A DNA stretch of 64,000 bases from Candidatus Krumholzibacteriia bacterium (GTDB lineage: Bacteria; Krumholzibacteriota; Krumholzibacteriia; Krumholzibacteriales; Krumholzibacteriaceae). The notes beneath the pieces are model-generated. The model worked only from the letters and a program-made list of their open reading frames with translations. It searched no databases and was not told the origin of the DNA. Location: assembly GCA_963836185.1 (NCBI GenBank), contig CAWIIQ010000001.1, forward strand, positions 1,696,001 to 1,760,000, written 5' to 3'. Each line of letters begins with the position of its first letter. Positions within the stretch are counted from its first letter, which is position 1. The translations under genes and the position numbers were made by a program. Shown here one piece after another: positions 28,495-37,598 of this stretch.

Positions 28495-29389
28495 CGGCTC
28501 CCAGTGCCATTCTTGCCGCCAGGTAAGTGTTCTTCATAAGCATCGCAACTGTCATCGGCCCGACGCCCCTGGGCACCGGAGTGATCAGGGAAGCCTTTGG
28601 CGCTACAGACTCGAAATCGACGTCTCCGACGAGCCTGTATCCCTTTTTGGCCGCTTCATCGTCGACCCTGTTGATTCCGACGTCGATGACGGCGACGCCC
28701 TCTTTGACCATGTCCCCCGTTATCATCTTCGGACTGCCGACCGCGGCGATGAGTATGTCGGCCGTACGAGTTATCGCTGGTATGTCTGATGTGCGTGAGT
28801 GGCAGATCGTCACTGTCGCGTTCCCGCCCTTCGCCTTCATAGCCAGAAGGAGAGCCATCGGTTTACCGACCAGTATGCTCCTGCCCACTATCACCGCGTG
28901 TTTTCCGGCGGTATCGAGCCCGTAATGATCCATCATCACGGTGATGCCGAGAGGGGTGCATGGAACGAGGCGAGGGCTGTCGGCAGCGAGCCTTCCTATA
29001 TTGAATGGATGGAGGCCGTCCACATCTTTTTCCGGTGAGATCCTCTCTATCACCTTCTGCTGATCGATATGCCCCGGAAGCGGCATCTGTACGAGGATCC
29101 CGTCGATACCGGGATCGTCGTTCAACCGGTCGAGCCGTTCGAGAAGTTCGGCTTCGGGTGTAGACTCAGGAAGCTCGATCAGGTCGGAATCTATCCCGCA
29201 CTTGCTGGCGGTCTTCACCTTCATGCCGACATATACCTGAGAAGCCGGATCCTCGCCTACGATCATCACTGTCAGCCTCGGGGGCCTGTGCTTAGCGGCA
29301 AAAGCGGGGATCTCGGATGCAAGCTGCTCTATGACCGAGGCCGCGACAGGCTTACCGAGCATGAGTTTCTCGTCATACATGCCGTTCAA
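28472..29389 (-). CDS. folD: Bifunctional methylenetetrahydrofolate dehydrogenase/cyclohydrolase
   Basis: DPASQVYV, KDVDGLHP, PCTP, GRSILVGKP, ITPVPRGVGPMT. Confidence 0.96.
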   Translation of the reverse strand: MNGMYDEKLMLGKPVAASVIEQLASEIPAFAAKHRPPRLTVMIVGEDPASQVYVGMKVKTASKCGIDSDLIELPESTPEAELLERLDRLNDDPGIDGILVQMPLPGHIDQQKVIERISPEKDVDGLHPFNIGRLAADSPRLVPCTPLGITVMMDHYGLDTAGKHAVIVGRSILVGKPMALLLAMKAKGGNATVTICHSRTSDIPAITRTADILIAAVGSPKMITGDMVKEGVAVIDVGINRVDDEAAKKGYRLVGDVDFESVAPKASLITPVPRGVGPMTVAMLMKNTYLAARMALGADDDGEPR

Positions 29390-30183
29390 CTGCTCTCTCC
29401 TTCGATTACCGGTTCATGTATCCGCTCCACGTTGGAGGCCATCCCGGTCGATTCGTTGACATCCACGAGCATCCCCTGGATCACGGGAGTATCGCCGCCG
29501 ACCTGGAAACGTACATTTATTCCCTTTAGAAACCGGTCGATGACCTGCTCGGGCCTCACTCCGATCACGGAGTTGAAAGGTCCCGCCATCCCCACATCGG
29601 TCTGATAGGCCATTCCCCCGGGAAATATCCGCTCATCGGCGGTAGGTACATGAGTGTGGCTTCCGGCAAGGATGCTTACACGGCCGTCGAGATAATAGGC
29701 CAGCGCGAGCTTCTCGCTTGTCGCCTCGGCATGAAAATCGACTATCCTGACCCTCACTCCCGCATCGATCTCCGAGAGGACCCTGTCCGCCGTTCTGAAC
29801 GGACAGTCTATGTCCGGCATGAAGGTACGTCCCTGAAGGTTGATCAAGCCCACTTTGACCGGTCCGGCATCAAAGACTCTCCAGCCCCTTCCCGGGACTC
29901 CGGGAGGGTAGTTGGCAGGCCTGAGAATATCAGTGCGTTCATCAAGAAGGGATATTCCCTCGCTCTTGTCCCAGATATGATTCCCGCTGGTCATCGCGTC
30001 GACACCGCTTGATGTGATCTCCTCGATAACCTTGCGGGTCACGCCGAACATCCCGGCGCCGTTCTCGACGTTTGCCGTACAGAAGTCCACGCCGAGCTTT
30101 TCCCTGAGCCGGGGAAGTCCGTTCTTGAGGGCCTGTCTCCCCGTCTTTGACAGCACATCTCCGATTATGAGTATTCTCATCAC
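29386..30183 (-). CDS. ymdB: TIGR00282/YmdB metallophosphoesterase
   Basis: IGDV, NVEN, GNHIWD, RPANYP, DFHAEATSEK, GSHTHVPTAD. Confidence 0.94.
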   Translation of the reverse strand: MMRILIIGDVLSKTGRQALKNGLPRLREKLGVDFCTANVENGAGMFGVTRKVIEEITSSGVDAMTSGNHIWDKSEGISLLDERTDILRPANYPPGVPGRGWRVFDAGPVKVGLINLQGRTFMPDIDCPFRTADRVLSEIDAGVRVRIVDFHAEATSEKLALAYYLDGRVSILAGSHTHVPTADERIFPGGMAYQTDVGMAGPFNSVIGVRPEQVIDRFLKGINVRFQVGGDTPVIQGMLVDVNESTGMASNVERIHEPVIEGESS

Positions 30184-30187
30184 AATG

Positions 30188-31756
30188 CTATCTTGCGTAT
30201 TCGACTGCCCGGGTCTCCCTGATCACCACTACCTTTATCTGGCCCGGATATTCCATATCGTCCTCAATCTTCCGGGAGATATCACCCGCGAGCTGCGCGG
30301 CCTGAGCATCGTCGATCCTCTTGTGACTGACAAGGATCCTGATCTCACGTCCGGCCTGGATCGCATACGATTTTTCGACTCCGTCAAAGGCATCGGCGAT
30401 CTTCTCGAGTTTCTCGAGACGGCGTATGTAGTTCTCCAGAGTCTCACGTCTGGCGCCCGGTCTCGCACCGGATATAGCATCAGCGGCCGAGATCACATGT
30501 GCTATCAGCGACTCGGCCTCGACATCCTCGTGATGAGCCGCTATCGCGTTTATGATGATGTCGTTTTCGCCGTACCTTCTCGCGAATTCCGCTCCGATCT
30601 CGGCGTGCGGTCCATCGATCTCGTGATCGGCGGCCTTTCCGATATCGTGCAGCAGGCCTGCCCGTTTGGCGACTACCGGATCGATACCGAGTTCACTCGC
30701 CAGGAGGCTCGAGACGAAAGCCACTTCCTTCGAATGCTGCAGCACGTTCTGCCCGTAAGAAGTCCTGTATCTCAGCCTGCCGAGCAGCCTGACGATCTCC
30801 GTATGCACTCCGTGGATATTGAGATCGAGTATAGTCTGCTCGCCGATCTCCATGATCTCCTCGTGGAGCTCTTTCCTTGTCTTTTCAACGAGTTCCTCGA
30901 TACGGCCCGGATGTATCCTTCCATCCTTGATCAGCTTTTCCAGGGACAGGCGGGCTACTTCTCGCCGGATAGGATCGAATCCCGACAGGATGACAGCCTC
31001 AGGAGTGTCGTCGATGATCACATCGATTCCCGTGGCGTTCTCGAACGCCCTGATGTTCCTGCCTTCGCGTCCGATGATCCTGCCCTTCATCTCATCGTTG
31101 GGAAGATCGACGACAGACACTGTGGACTCTACGACATGGTCAGCGGCACATCGCTCTATAGCCAGGGTGATTATCTTTCTGCTTATCTTCGAGGCGTTCC
31201 TCTCCGCCTCATCCTTGATCTCCTTGATCTGCTTAGCCGCGGCGGTACGGGCCTCGTTCTCCAGGTTCGAGATGAGGAGTTTCTTTGCCTCTTCCGTGCT
31301 CATCCCCGCGATTTTCTCAAGCTTCTCGTTCTGCCTGTGAAGGATCTCGTCAAGATGGGAGTTTTTCTCCGAGATCGCCTGGAGCTTCTTTTCAAGCGTC
31401 TTCTTCTTGTCGAGGAGTTCCAGTTCGCGCTTCTCGAGGAAATCGACCTTCCGGTTGATATTGTGCTCTTTCTCCTCAACGCGCCTCTCTACCTTCTTGA
31501 GCTCGTTTCTCGTCTCCGCAGTGTCCTTCTCGAACTGCTGCTTCGCCTTGTACCACTCGTCCTTTGCTTCGAGGACCGACGCCTTTTTCCTGGTCTCTGC
31601 CTCGCGCTGAGCTTCAGCGATAATGTTCTCCGCGAGTTTCTGAGTATGCTTCAGCTGACTCTGAGTCACCTTCCGGCTTATAAGCCAGCCCAGTAGAAAA
31701 CCTAGAAAAAGAACGAAGATCCCCGCCGAGATATAAAAGAAGATTGAATCCATCAT
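30188..31756 (-). CDS. rny: Ribonuclease Y
   Basis: N-terminal TM helix, coiled coil, KH motif [16 protein letters not shown] motif LLHDIGK, RPGARRE. Confidence 0.97.
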   Translation of the reverse strand: MMDSIFFYISAGIFVLFLGFLLGWLISRKVTQSQLKHTQKLAENIIAEAQREAETRKKASVLEAKDEWYKAKQQFEKDTAETRNELKKVERRVEEKEHNINRKVDFLEKRELELLDKKKTLEKKLQAISEKNSHLDEILHRQNEKLEKIAGMSTEEAKKLLISNLENEARTAAAKQIKEIKDEAERNASKISRKIITLAIERCAADHVVESTVSVVDLPNDEMKGRIIGREGRNIRAFENATGIDVIIDDTPEAVILSGFDPIRREVARLSLEKLIKDGRIHPGRIEELVEKTRKELHEEIMEIGEQTILDLNIHGVHTEIVRLLGRLRYRTSYGQNVLQHSKEVAFVSSLLASELGIDPVVAKRAGLLHDIGKAADHEIDGPHAEIGAEFARRYGENDIIINAIAAHHEDVEAESLIAHVISAADAISGARPGARRETLENYIRRLEKLEKIADAFDGVEKSYAIQAGREIRILVSHKRIDDAQAAQLAGDISRKIEDDMEYPGQIKVVVIRETRAVEYAR

Positions 31757-31786
31757 CTTCCGCCTTAGATCCGGCGGTTCACCTCC
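31757..31786 (-). promoter_or_regulatory. Split ribosome-binding site of rny (SD - hairpin - AUG)
   Basis: GGAGGTG-AA-[CCGCC GGATCTAA GGCGG]-AAG-ATG. Confidence 0.6.
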
Positions 31787-31882
31787 AATAATCGTTCAAT
31801 ACCACAAAACATTGACAATACATCAAATATGGGATACATAAAAATCTGTTATCCGGGAGTCTGGCTACGGAAGGAACTGAAA

Positions 31883-32069
31883 AAATTCCCCACTTGATGC
31901 CGTCCGCGAAAGATCTTTTTAAGCCCTGCCTAGAAAGGTGGAAATCCTCACGACACGTTCAGCCCTCCCGCCAGAGGCGGGTCCGGCATCCGGAGCCGGA
32001 TATTGGAGATCCGGGCTCAAAGTGTTGGCAAAAAACGATCTTCGCCTGCACGAACACAGCAGGGAATTT
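31883..32069 (-). ncRNA. ssrS: 6S RNA
   Basis: Complementary ends AAATTCCC/GGGAATTT; CTGTGTTCG...CGGACGGC; TTGAGCCC...GGGCTTAA around a central bubble; zapA-6S-rny synteny. Confidence 0.85.
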
Positions 32070-32145
32070 CTAAAAGCGTTATGCTTTATTTTCATTCTCA
32101 ATATCCCCGCTCCATGGGTTTCTCAGTTTTCCCCGGGGCGGAGGA

Positions 32146-32445
32146 TCATCGTCCTACACTGATCTCTTCCTCCAGCATCTCGCCCAGTTTGGCGGCCTGG
32201 TCCGCGAGTGCACCTTTTGCTTTCTCTCTTTCGTCCCTTTCCTGATGCAGCTCGTCGGCAATATTAAGAGCAGCTAATATGGCGATCCTTGACTGGGACA
32301 TGATACCACTGGAATGGGCGATCTCCCTCATCTTGCTATCCACATAACCTGCTATCTTGTGGATATATTCGGGATCACCCGCTCCTTTTATCTTATACTC
32401 CTGACCGAATATCTCAACCTTTTCTGTACTGCTTTTTTCGGTCAT
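32146..32445 (-). CDS. zapA: Cell division protein ZapA
   Basis: VEIFGQEY, IAGYVDSKM, IAILAALNIADEL. Confidence 0.93.
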   Translation of the reverse strand: MTEKSSTEKVEIFGQEYKIKGAGDPEYIHKIAGYVDSKMREIAHSSGIMSQSRIAILAALNIADELHQERDEREKAKGALADQAAKLGEMLEEEISVGR

Positions 32446-32520
32446 CGTACTTACCTCTCAGATCAATGCGGACCCATCCTCACAACCCCTTCCCGTATAC
32501 CGCCCGCGTCAGCATGAAGC

Positions 32521-32805
32521 TTATATTTCGATCTCTTCCAGCTTCGCGAGCATCTCCTCTATCTTGTTGTTTAACTCCTCTCTTGTCTTCGCAAGGTCTT
32601 TATTACCTTTATTTGCTTTCTTAAGGTGTTTGAGCTCTTTAGTCAACTCCTCATTCTTAATATAAATCGAATCGAGCTCCTCTTTCAACTTATTATTGGC
32701 GTCCTCGACCTGCTTTTTATCAGCCTTCAGCTTACCGATATAATCGGCCGCCTGCTTGATCTTCTGCTCGAGCAGATCGAAGTCAGCGAGACCTGCTGTC
32801 CCCAT
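32521..32805 (-). CDS. zapB: ZapB-like coiled-coil protein
   Basis: FDLLEQKIKQA coiled coil; located between pheT and zapA. Confidence 0.7.
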   Translation of the reverse strand: MGTAGLADFDLLEQKIKQAADYIGKLKADKKQVEDANNKLKEELDSIYIKNEELTKELKHLKKANKGNKDLAKTREELNNKIEEMLAKLEEIEI

Positions 32806-32813
32806 TTCGACTC

Positions 32814-35213
32814 CTATTCGGACCTGAGCGTCACCTGCAGCTCGTTCTGCAGCGACATGAGCACTTTTTCTATCGTCCTGTCAACCGTTTCATCGTCCAG
32901 GGTCCCATCCAGCGACCTGAATGTCATCCTGAATGCATAGCTTTTCTTCCCTTCCCCGAGACGATCGCCACGATAGTAATCGAAAAGTCTCACAGATTCA
33001 AGGTGTTTTGCTCTTTTCTTTACAACGTTTCTAACGTCAGAAAATGTAACCCTTTCCGGCGACAGGACCGAGAGATCCCGCTTTACAGCCGGATACTGGC
33101 TTATGCTGCTGAAGCTCTTTCTGCCCCCTCCGCCTGGCGGGAAAGCGTCCAGAAGAATGTCGAAGAAGTATACGGGGGTTTCAATATCAAACCTGGCCGA
33201 TACTCTCCCGGGGATCATCCCGCACCTGCCGGCAGGCCGGTTCTTCACTATCCACTCAAAGAGAAAGTCTGGTTCGTCAGCCTTTCTCCTCTCCATAACC
33301 AGATCCTCGGGCGCTCCCAGCCATTCCAGTACAGATTCCGCCTCTCCGGTCATATCAAAGAAGTCGAAATCTCTCTGCTCGCTATGCCACTGCAGCGGCG
33401 CGCTTTTTCTAGTGAACATCGCCGTAAGGTGCAGTTCCTCGTGGGGCAGCCCGCTTTCTTCTTCCCTGCTGAGGAAGATCTTGGCGAGTTCGAATATCCT
33501 GAGACCTTCCCGCTCGACAGGAGCGTTGCGCTGGATAACGCGGAGCATCCCCGGCATCAGTGATGTCCTCATCGCTGATTGAGCGACTGTCAACGGATTG
33601 GTTATCCCTACCGGCCGGCTCCTCGGATCTCCCTCACCCCATTCAAATCTTCCCGGGTCACCGGGATCCATGAACGAAGTCGTTATCACTTCCGCGAAGC
33701 CGCGAGCGGCGAGCCTGTCGCAGAGCTCGTCGTTGCGCATGTCTTCGATCGAAACCTCGGAAAACATCGAGCTTCGCCGCTCTTCGTCCCTTCCGATATT
33801 ATCGTAGCCGTAGAGCCGCGCGACTTCCTCGATAAGGTCGACTTCAACCGCTATATCCCGCCTGAATGTCGGGATAGTGACGATTACGTCCTTGCCCTCT
33901 TCCCGAGCTCCCAGATCGAATCTCGACAGGAGTTCCACGAGATCGTCGGCTGCCAGCTTCGTTCCCATCAGCCTGTTGGCCTGTTTTGTCCTCAGTGTGA
34001 CTGTCCGCGGTTCGATCACTTCATTATTCGCCAGGTGGTCCGCGTACATCTTCTCGGGGTTCCCGGCACCCATTTCTGCTATAAGCGCACAGGCTCTCTT
34101 CAGGGCCTTGACGGTGATTCCAGGATCACATTCCCTTTCAAACCGGTACGAGGCTTCCGTATCGAGCTTCAGCGCTCTGCTCGAACGGCGGACCGCACGG
34201 GGATCGAACCATGCGCTCTCTATCAGCACCCTCTTCGTTCTGTCGGTTATCTCCGTGTCCCGTCCACCCATCACTCCCGCGACCCCTACCGGGGTCTCGC
34301 CATCGGTGATCAGCAGGACGTCCTCGCCGACTTCTCTCTCGACATCATCGAGTGTATACATCGATTCAGCGGATCTTCCCCTGCGGACGAATATACCGTC
34401 CCTTCCAAGCATATCCCTGTCAAAAGCGTGCAGGGGCTGGCCCAGCTCAAGGAGAACGAAGTTGGTGACATCCACGATATTGTAGATAGGCTTGACTCCA
34501 GCCGATATCAGCAGGTCCTGCATCCATCGCGGCGACGGGCCCACCTGTATTCCATCCACGAACGCGGCGCTGTACCTGGGACAGTCACCGTCGTCCTCTG
34601 TCTCTATTGTAAATCCGTGACCAGGCTCGATGTCGAACAGCTCGGGTTCCCGCAGATCGCGCATGTACAGGGCGGCGATCTCGCGAGCGATGCCGAAGTG
34701 GGAAAGCTGGTCGGGTCTGTTTGGAGTAACTTCGATGTCCAGAATCACATCACTCGAACCGAGGCTCCCGTCGAGACTTGTTCCGGGCTTGAGGTCGAGG
34801 TCCAGCTCGATGATCCCGCTTGCATCCTCTCCGATGCCAAGCTCCGTCTCAGAGCAGATCATACCCTCGGAGAGTTCGCCCCTGAGCTTTGTCTTCTTTA
34901 TCTTGAATCCACCCTTGAGCACCGCTCCCTGGACGGCAACGGCCACGCCGAGGCCTGCCCTGACATTCGGCGCTCCGCAGACGATATTAAGCGGAGTTTC
35001 CGTGCCGGCATCGACTGTGCATACGCTGAGCTTGTCAGCATTGGGATGCCTGCCGCACTCGAGGACGCGGCCGAAGACGACACCGGTGTATTCCCCGCCC
35101 ATGACCTCGACCGATTCGACATTGAGTCCGAACATCGTCAGGTCGTGCGACAGGGTCGCCGGATCCTCTTCTATATCTACATACCTCTTCAACCAGTTCA
35201 GGCTTACCTTCAC
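32814..35213 (-). CDS. pheT: Phenylalanine--tRNA ligase beta subunit
   Basis: SLNWLKRYVD, HPNADKL, IVCGAPN, TPNRPD, ASYRFER, YPAVKRDLS; GTG start at 35213. Confidence 0.97.
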   Translation of the reverse strand: MKVSLNWLKRYVDIEEDPATLSHDLTMFGLNVESVEVMGGEYTGVVFGRVLECGRHPNADKLSVCTVDAGTETPLNIVCGAPNVRAGLGVAVAVQGAVLKGGFKIKKTKLRGELSEGMICSETELGIGEDASGIIELDLDLKPGTSLDGSLGSSDVILDIEVTPNRPDQLSHFGIAREIAALYMRDLREPELFDIEPGHGFTIETEDDGDCPRYSAAFVDGIQVGPSPRWMQDLLISAGVKPIYNIVDVTNFVLLELGQPLHAFDRDMLGRDGIFVRRGRSAESMYTLDDVEREVGEDVLLITDGETPVGVAGVMGGRDTEITDRTKRVLIESAWFDPRAVRRSSRALKLDTEASYRFERECDPGITVKALKRACALIAEMGAGNPEKMYADHLANNEVIEPRTVTLRTKQANRLMGTKLAADDLVELLSRFDLGAREEGKDVIVTIPTFRRDIAVEVDLIEEVARLYGYDNIGRDEERRSSMFSEVSIEDMRNDELCDRLAARGFAEVITTSFMDPGDPGRFEWGEGDPRSRPVGITNPLTVAQSAMRTSLMPGMLRVIQRNAPVEREGLRIFELAKIFLSREEESGLPHEELHLTAMFTRKSAPLQWHSEQRDFDFFDMTGEAESVLEWLGAPEDLVMERRKADEPDFLFEWIVKNRPAGRCGMIPGRVSARFDIETPVYFFDILLDAFPPGGGGRKSFSSISQYPAVKRDLSVLSPERVTFSDVRNVVKKRAKHLESVRLFDYYRGDRLGEGKKSYAFRMTFRSLDGTLDDETVDRTIEKVLMSLQNELQVTLRSE

Positions 35214-36271
35214 TCCTGCACCCCCACCCATGTCTCGTTCCAGAACTGCTTGAGGAATCTCATGTCGTTACCGAGGAAGCGGCGGATATCATCTATGCCG
35301 TATTTTAGCATCGCCATCCTCTCTATCCCCATGCCGAAAGCGAAGCCTGTCACCGAATCAGGATCGTACCCCGCGAATTTGAAAACATTAGGATGAACCA
35401 TTCCCGCGCCCATTATCTCTATCCAGCCTGTCTTCTGGCAGATCGAGCAACCTTCCCCCCTGCAGCCGAAGCAAGTCATGTCCGCCTCTGCGCTTGGTTC
35501 TGTGAATGGAAAGAAGTGCGGCCTGAACCTCACCCTCGCGTCCGGTCCGAAGAACTGATGGACGAAGAAGGTGATATCGTTACGAAGGTCGGCCAGAGAG
35601 ACATCCTTGTCGACGTACAGTCCTTCCACCTGGAAGAACTCAGCCGCGTGAGAAGGATCAGGCGTTTCGTTTCTATAGACCCTTCCCGGGGATATGATGC
35701 GAAGAGGCGGTTCGTTCTTTTCCATGAACCTCACCTGGACCGGCGAGGTCTGTGTCCTCAGCAGGATGTCCCTGTTTACGTAGAACGTATCCTGGAGATC
35801 GCGGGACGGATGGTCCGCCGGGAAGTTAAGGGCCTCGAAATTATAGTAGTCCAGTTCCACGTCGGGACCCTCGGCAATCGAGTAGCCCATCCGGTAAAAT
35901 ATAGACTTTATATCCCTGATCACCCTGTGAAGTACGTGCAGTCCACCTTCCCATCCTCTCCTGCCCGGAAGGGTGGGATCTCCTGGATACGGCTCGGCGT
36001 CACCGCATGATCCGGAAAGCTCGGCGCATCTGCTCTCGAAGAGGAGCCCGAGTTTTCCCTTCCACTCGTTTATCATGCCGCCGACGACAGGCCTCTGGTC
36101 GGCGGGGAGCTTCCCGATCGATCTGAGTGCGGATGTCATTCTCCCTTTGCGCCCGAGCCACAGTATCCTTGCCTGCTCGAGCGCTTCGAGGTCCGAGGCT
36201 TCCGCGATCTCCCGCGATGCCTCCTCCCCGAGCCTGTCTATTGAATCTCTGTCGGGGATCTCGTCACTCAT
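35210..36271 (-). CDS. pheS: Phenylalanine--tRNA ligase alpha subunit
   Basis: [43 protein letters not shown]. Confidence 0.97.
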   Translation of the reverse strand: MSDEIPDRDSIDRLGEEASREIAEASDLEALEQARILWLGRKGRMTSALRSIGKLPADQRPVVGGMINEWKGKLGLLFESRCAELSGSCGDAEPYPGDPTLPGRRGWEGGLHVLHRVIRDIKSIFYRMGYSIAEGPDVELDYYNFEALNFPADHPSRDLQDTFYVNRDILLRTQTSPVQVRFMEKNEPPLRIISPGRVYRNETPDPSHAAEFFQVEGLYVDKDVSLADLRNDITFFVHQFFGPDARVRFRPHFFPFTEPSAEADMTCFGCRGEGCSICQKTGWIEIMGAGMVHPNVFKFAGYDPDSVTGFAFGMGIERMAMLKYGIDDIRRFLGNDMRFLKQFWNETWVGVQE

Positions 36272-36624
36272 TGAAGAGATTCCTTGGCGATCTCGGCAAG
36301 TTTCGCGAATCCATCCGCGTCGTTGACCGCTATCTCCGAGAGAAGCTTCCGATTGATCTCTATGTCGGACTTCTTCAGACCGTTGATGAAACGGCTGTAG
36401 CTCAGTCCGTTGATCCTGGCCGCGGCGTTGATCCGAGCGATCCAGAGCTTGCGGAAATCTCTCTTGCGGGCCCGGCGGTCTCGATACGCGTACGACATGG
36501 CCCTGTCCACTGCTTCGCGGGCGCTTCTGTACAGGTTGCCGCGCCCGCCCACAAAGCCTTTGGCCTGTTTTAATACCTTTTTCTTCCTCTTGTGTGAAGC
36601 TACACTATGCTTTGTCCTCGGCAT
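36268..36624 (-). CDS. rplT: 50S ribosomal protein L20
   Basis: [29 protein letters not shown]. Confidence 0.98.
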   Translation of the reverse strand: MPRTKHSVASHKRKKKVLKQAKGFVGGRGNLYRSAREAVDRAMSYAYRDRRARKRDFRKLWIARINAAARINGLSYSRFINGLKKSDIEINRKLLSEIAVNDADGFAKLAEIAKESLQ

Positions 36625-36674
36625 TGTCCTATGCCTCCCTCTCTTTTCCTTATTCTATAGGCGGGGGCAGAAAA

Positions 36675-36869
36675 TTATTTGCCCAGCATGCGCCTGATTC
36701 TTGTGGAATCCGCCTTGCTTGCTATAGTCGACTGGCGAAGTTTCCGTTTCCGCTTCGTCGACTTCTTGGTGAGAATATGGCTAGTATAAGCCTTCATCCT
36801 CCTGATCTTGCCGGTGCCGGTCAGGCGAAATCTCTTGGCCGCCCCTCTATTTGTCTTGATCTTTGGCAT
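36675..36869 (-). CDS. rpmI: 50S ribosomal protein L35
   Basis: [21 protein letters not shown]. Confidence 0.97.
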   Translation of the reverse strand: MPKIKTNRGAAKRFRLTGTGKIRRMKAYTSHILTKKSTKRKRKLRQSTIASKADSTRIRRMLGK

Positions 36870-37440
36870 CCCCTTCTCCACCCCCTTTTTTCGCTTTTCT
36901 GTCCGACCGGGGCCCCATGATCATGGAGATCATTCTGCCCTGTCTAATAGGTTCCTTCTCGATATGTGCTATATCGGAGAACTTATCCTCGATGATCTTG
37001 AGCATCTTGTAACCGCGCTCGAGATGTTCCATCTCCCTGCCGCGGAAGACCACCGTAAACTTTACCTTATCCCTCTGATCGAGGAATTTCTCGGCGTTCT
37101 TCATCTTGAACTGGAGATCGTGCTCTTCGATCTTGGGTCTGAGCTTGATCTCCTTGAGATGTGTCACATGCTGCTTCTTTTTCGTATCACGAGCCTTTTT
37201 GCTCTGCTCGTACTTATACTTCCCGTAGTCCATGATCTTGCAGACCGGGGGCCTGACATTGGCGGCGATCTCGACAAGGTCGAGTCCTTTTTCATCCGCG
37301 ATGGATCTGGCCTTGTCGGTAGCCATGACGCCGAGCTGCTCACCATCCTCGTCGATCACCCTTACTTCGGGTATCCGGATCATATGATTGATCCTGGTTC
37401 GCGGCTCTCGCCTGTCATCTCTCCTGAAGTTGCCTCTGAT
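36847..37440 (-). CDS. infC: Translation initiation factor IF-3 (non-canonical AUC start)
   Basis: GGGAGGTG-AAGT-ATC is in frame and extends the ORF to include [12 protein letters not shown]; [15 protein letters not shown]; KEIKLRP. Confidence 0.95.
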   Translation of the reverse strand: MRGNFRRDDRREPRTRINHMIRIPEVRVIDEDGEQLGVMATDKARSIADEKGLDLVEIAANVRPPVCKIMDYGKYKYEQSKKARDTKKKQHVTHLKEIKLRPKIEEHDLQFKMKNAEKFLDQRDKVKFTVVFRGREMEHLERGYKMLKIIEDKFSDIAHIEKEPIRQGRMISMIMGPRSDRKAKKGGGEGDAKDQDK

Positions 37441-37465
37441 ACTTCACCTCCCGTGATGGGAATAC

Positions 37466-37572
37466 AAAAAGGGCGAGTAGTAGTTTCACCCGCCCGGCGT
37501 AATCGGCATCAGATGAAACCCTACAGGTACATTTCAATGACCGTAAGGTGAGGGGCTCTCGCTCCCTGCTTG
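37466..37572 (-). promoter_or_regulatory. L20 leader RNA with attenuator terminator
   Basis: AAGCAGGGAGC...CCCCTCACCTTA...GTAGGG, then GGGCGGGTG-loop-TACTCGCCC-TTTTT, upstream of infC-rpmI-rplT. Confidence 0.75.
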
Positions 37573-37598
37573 GATCATATTACTGATCAACAGTAAAT

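Noticed and set aside
35210-35240. PheS C-terminal extension [10 protein letters not shown] beyond the usual LKQF end
   Set aside because: Ends in a normal GTGA overlap with pheT; ordinary stop drift
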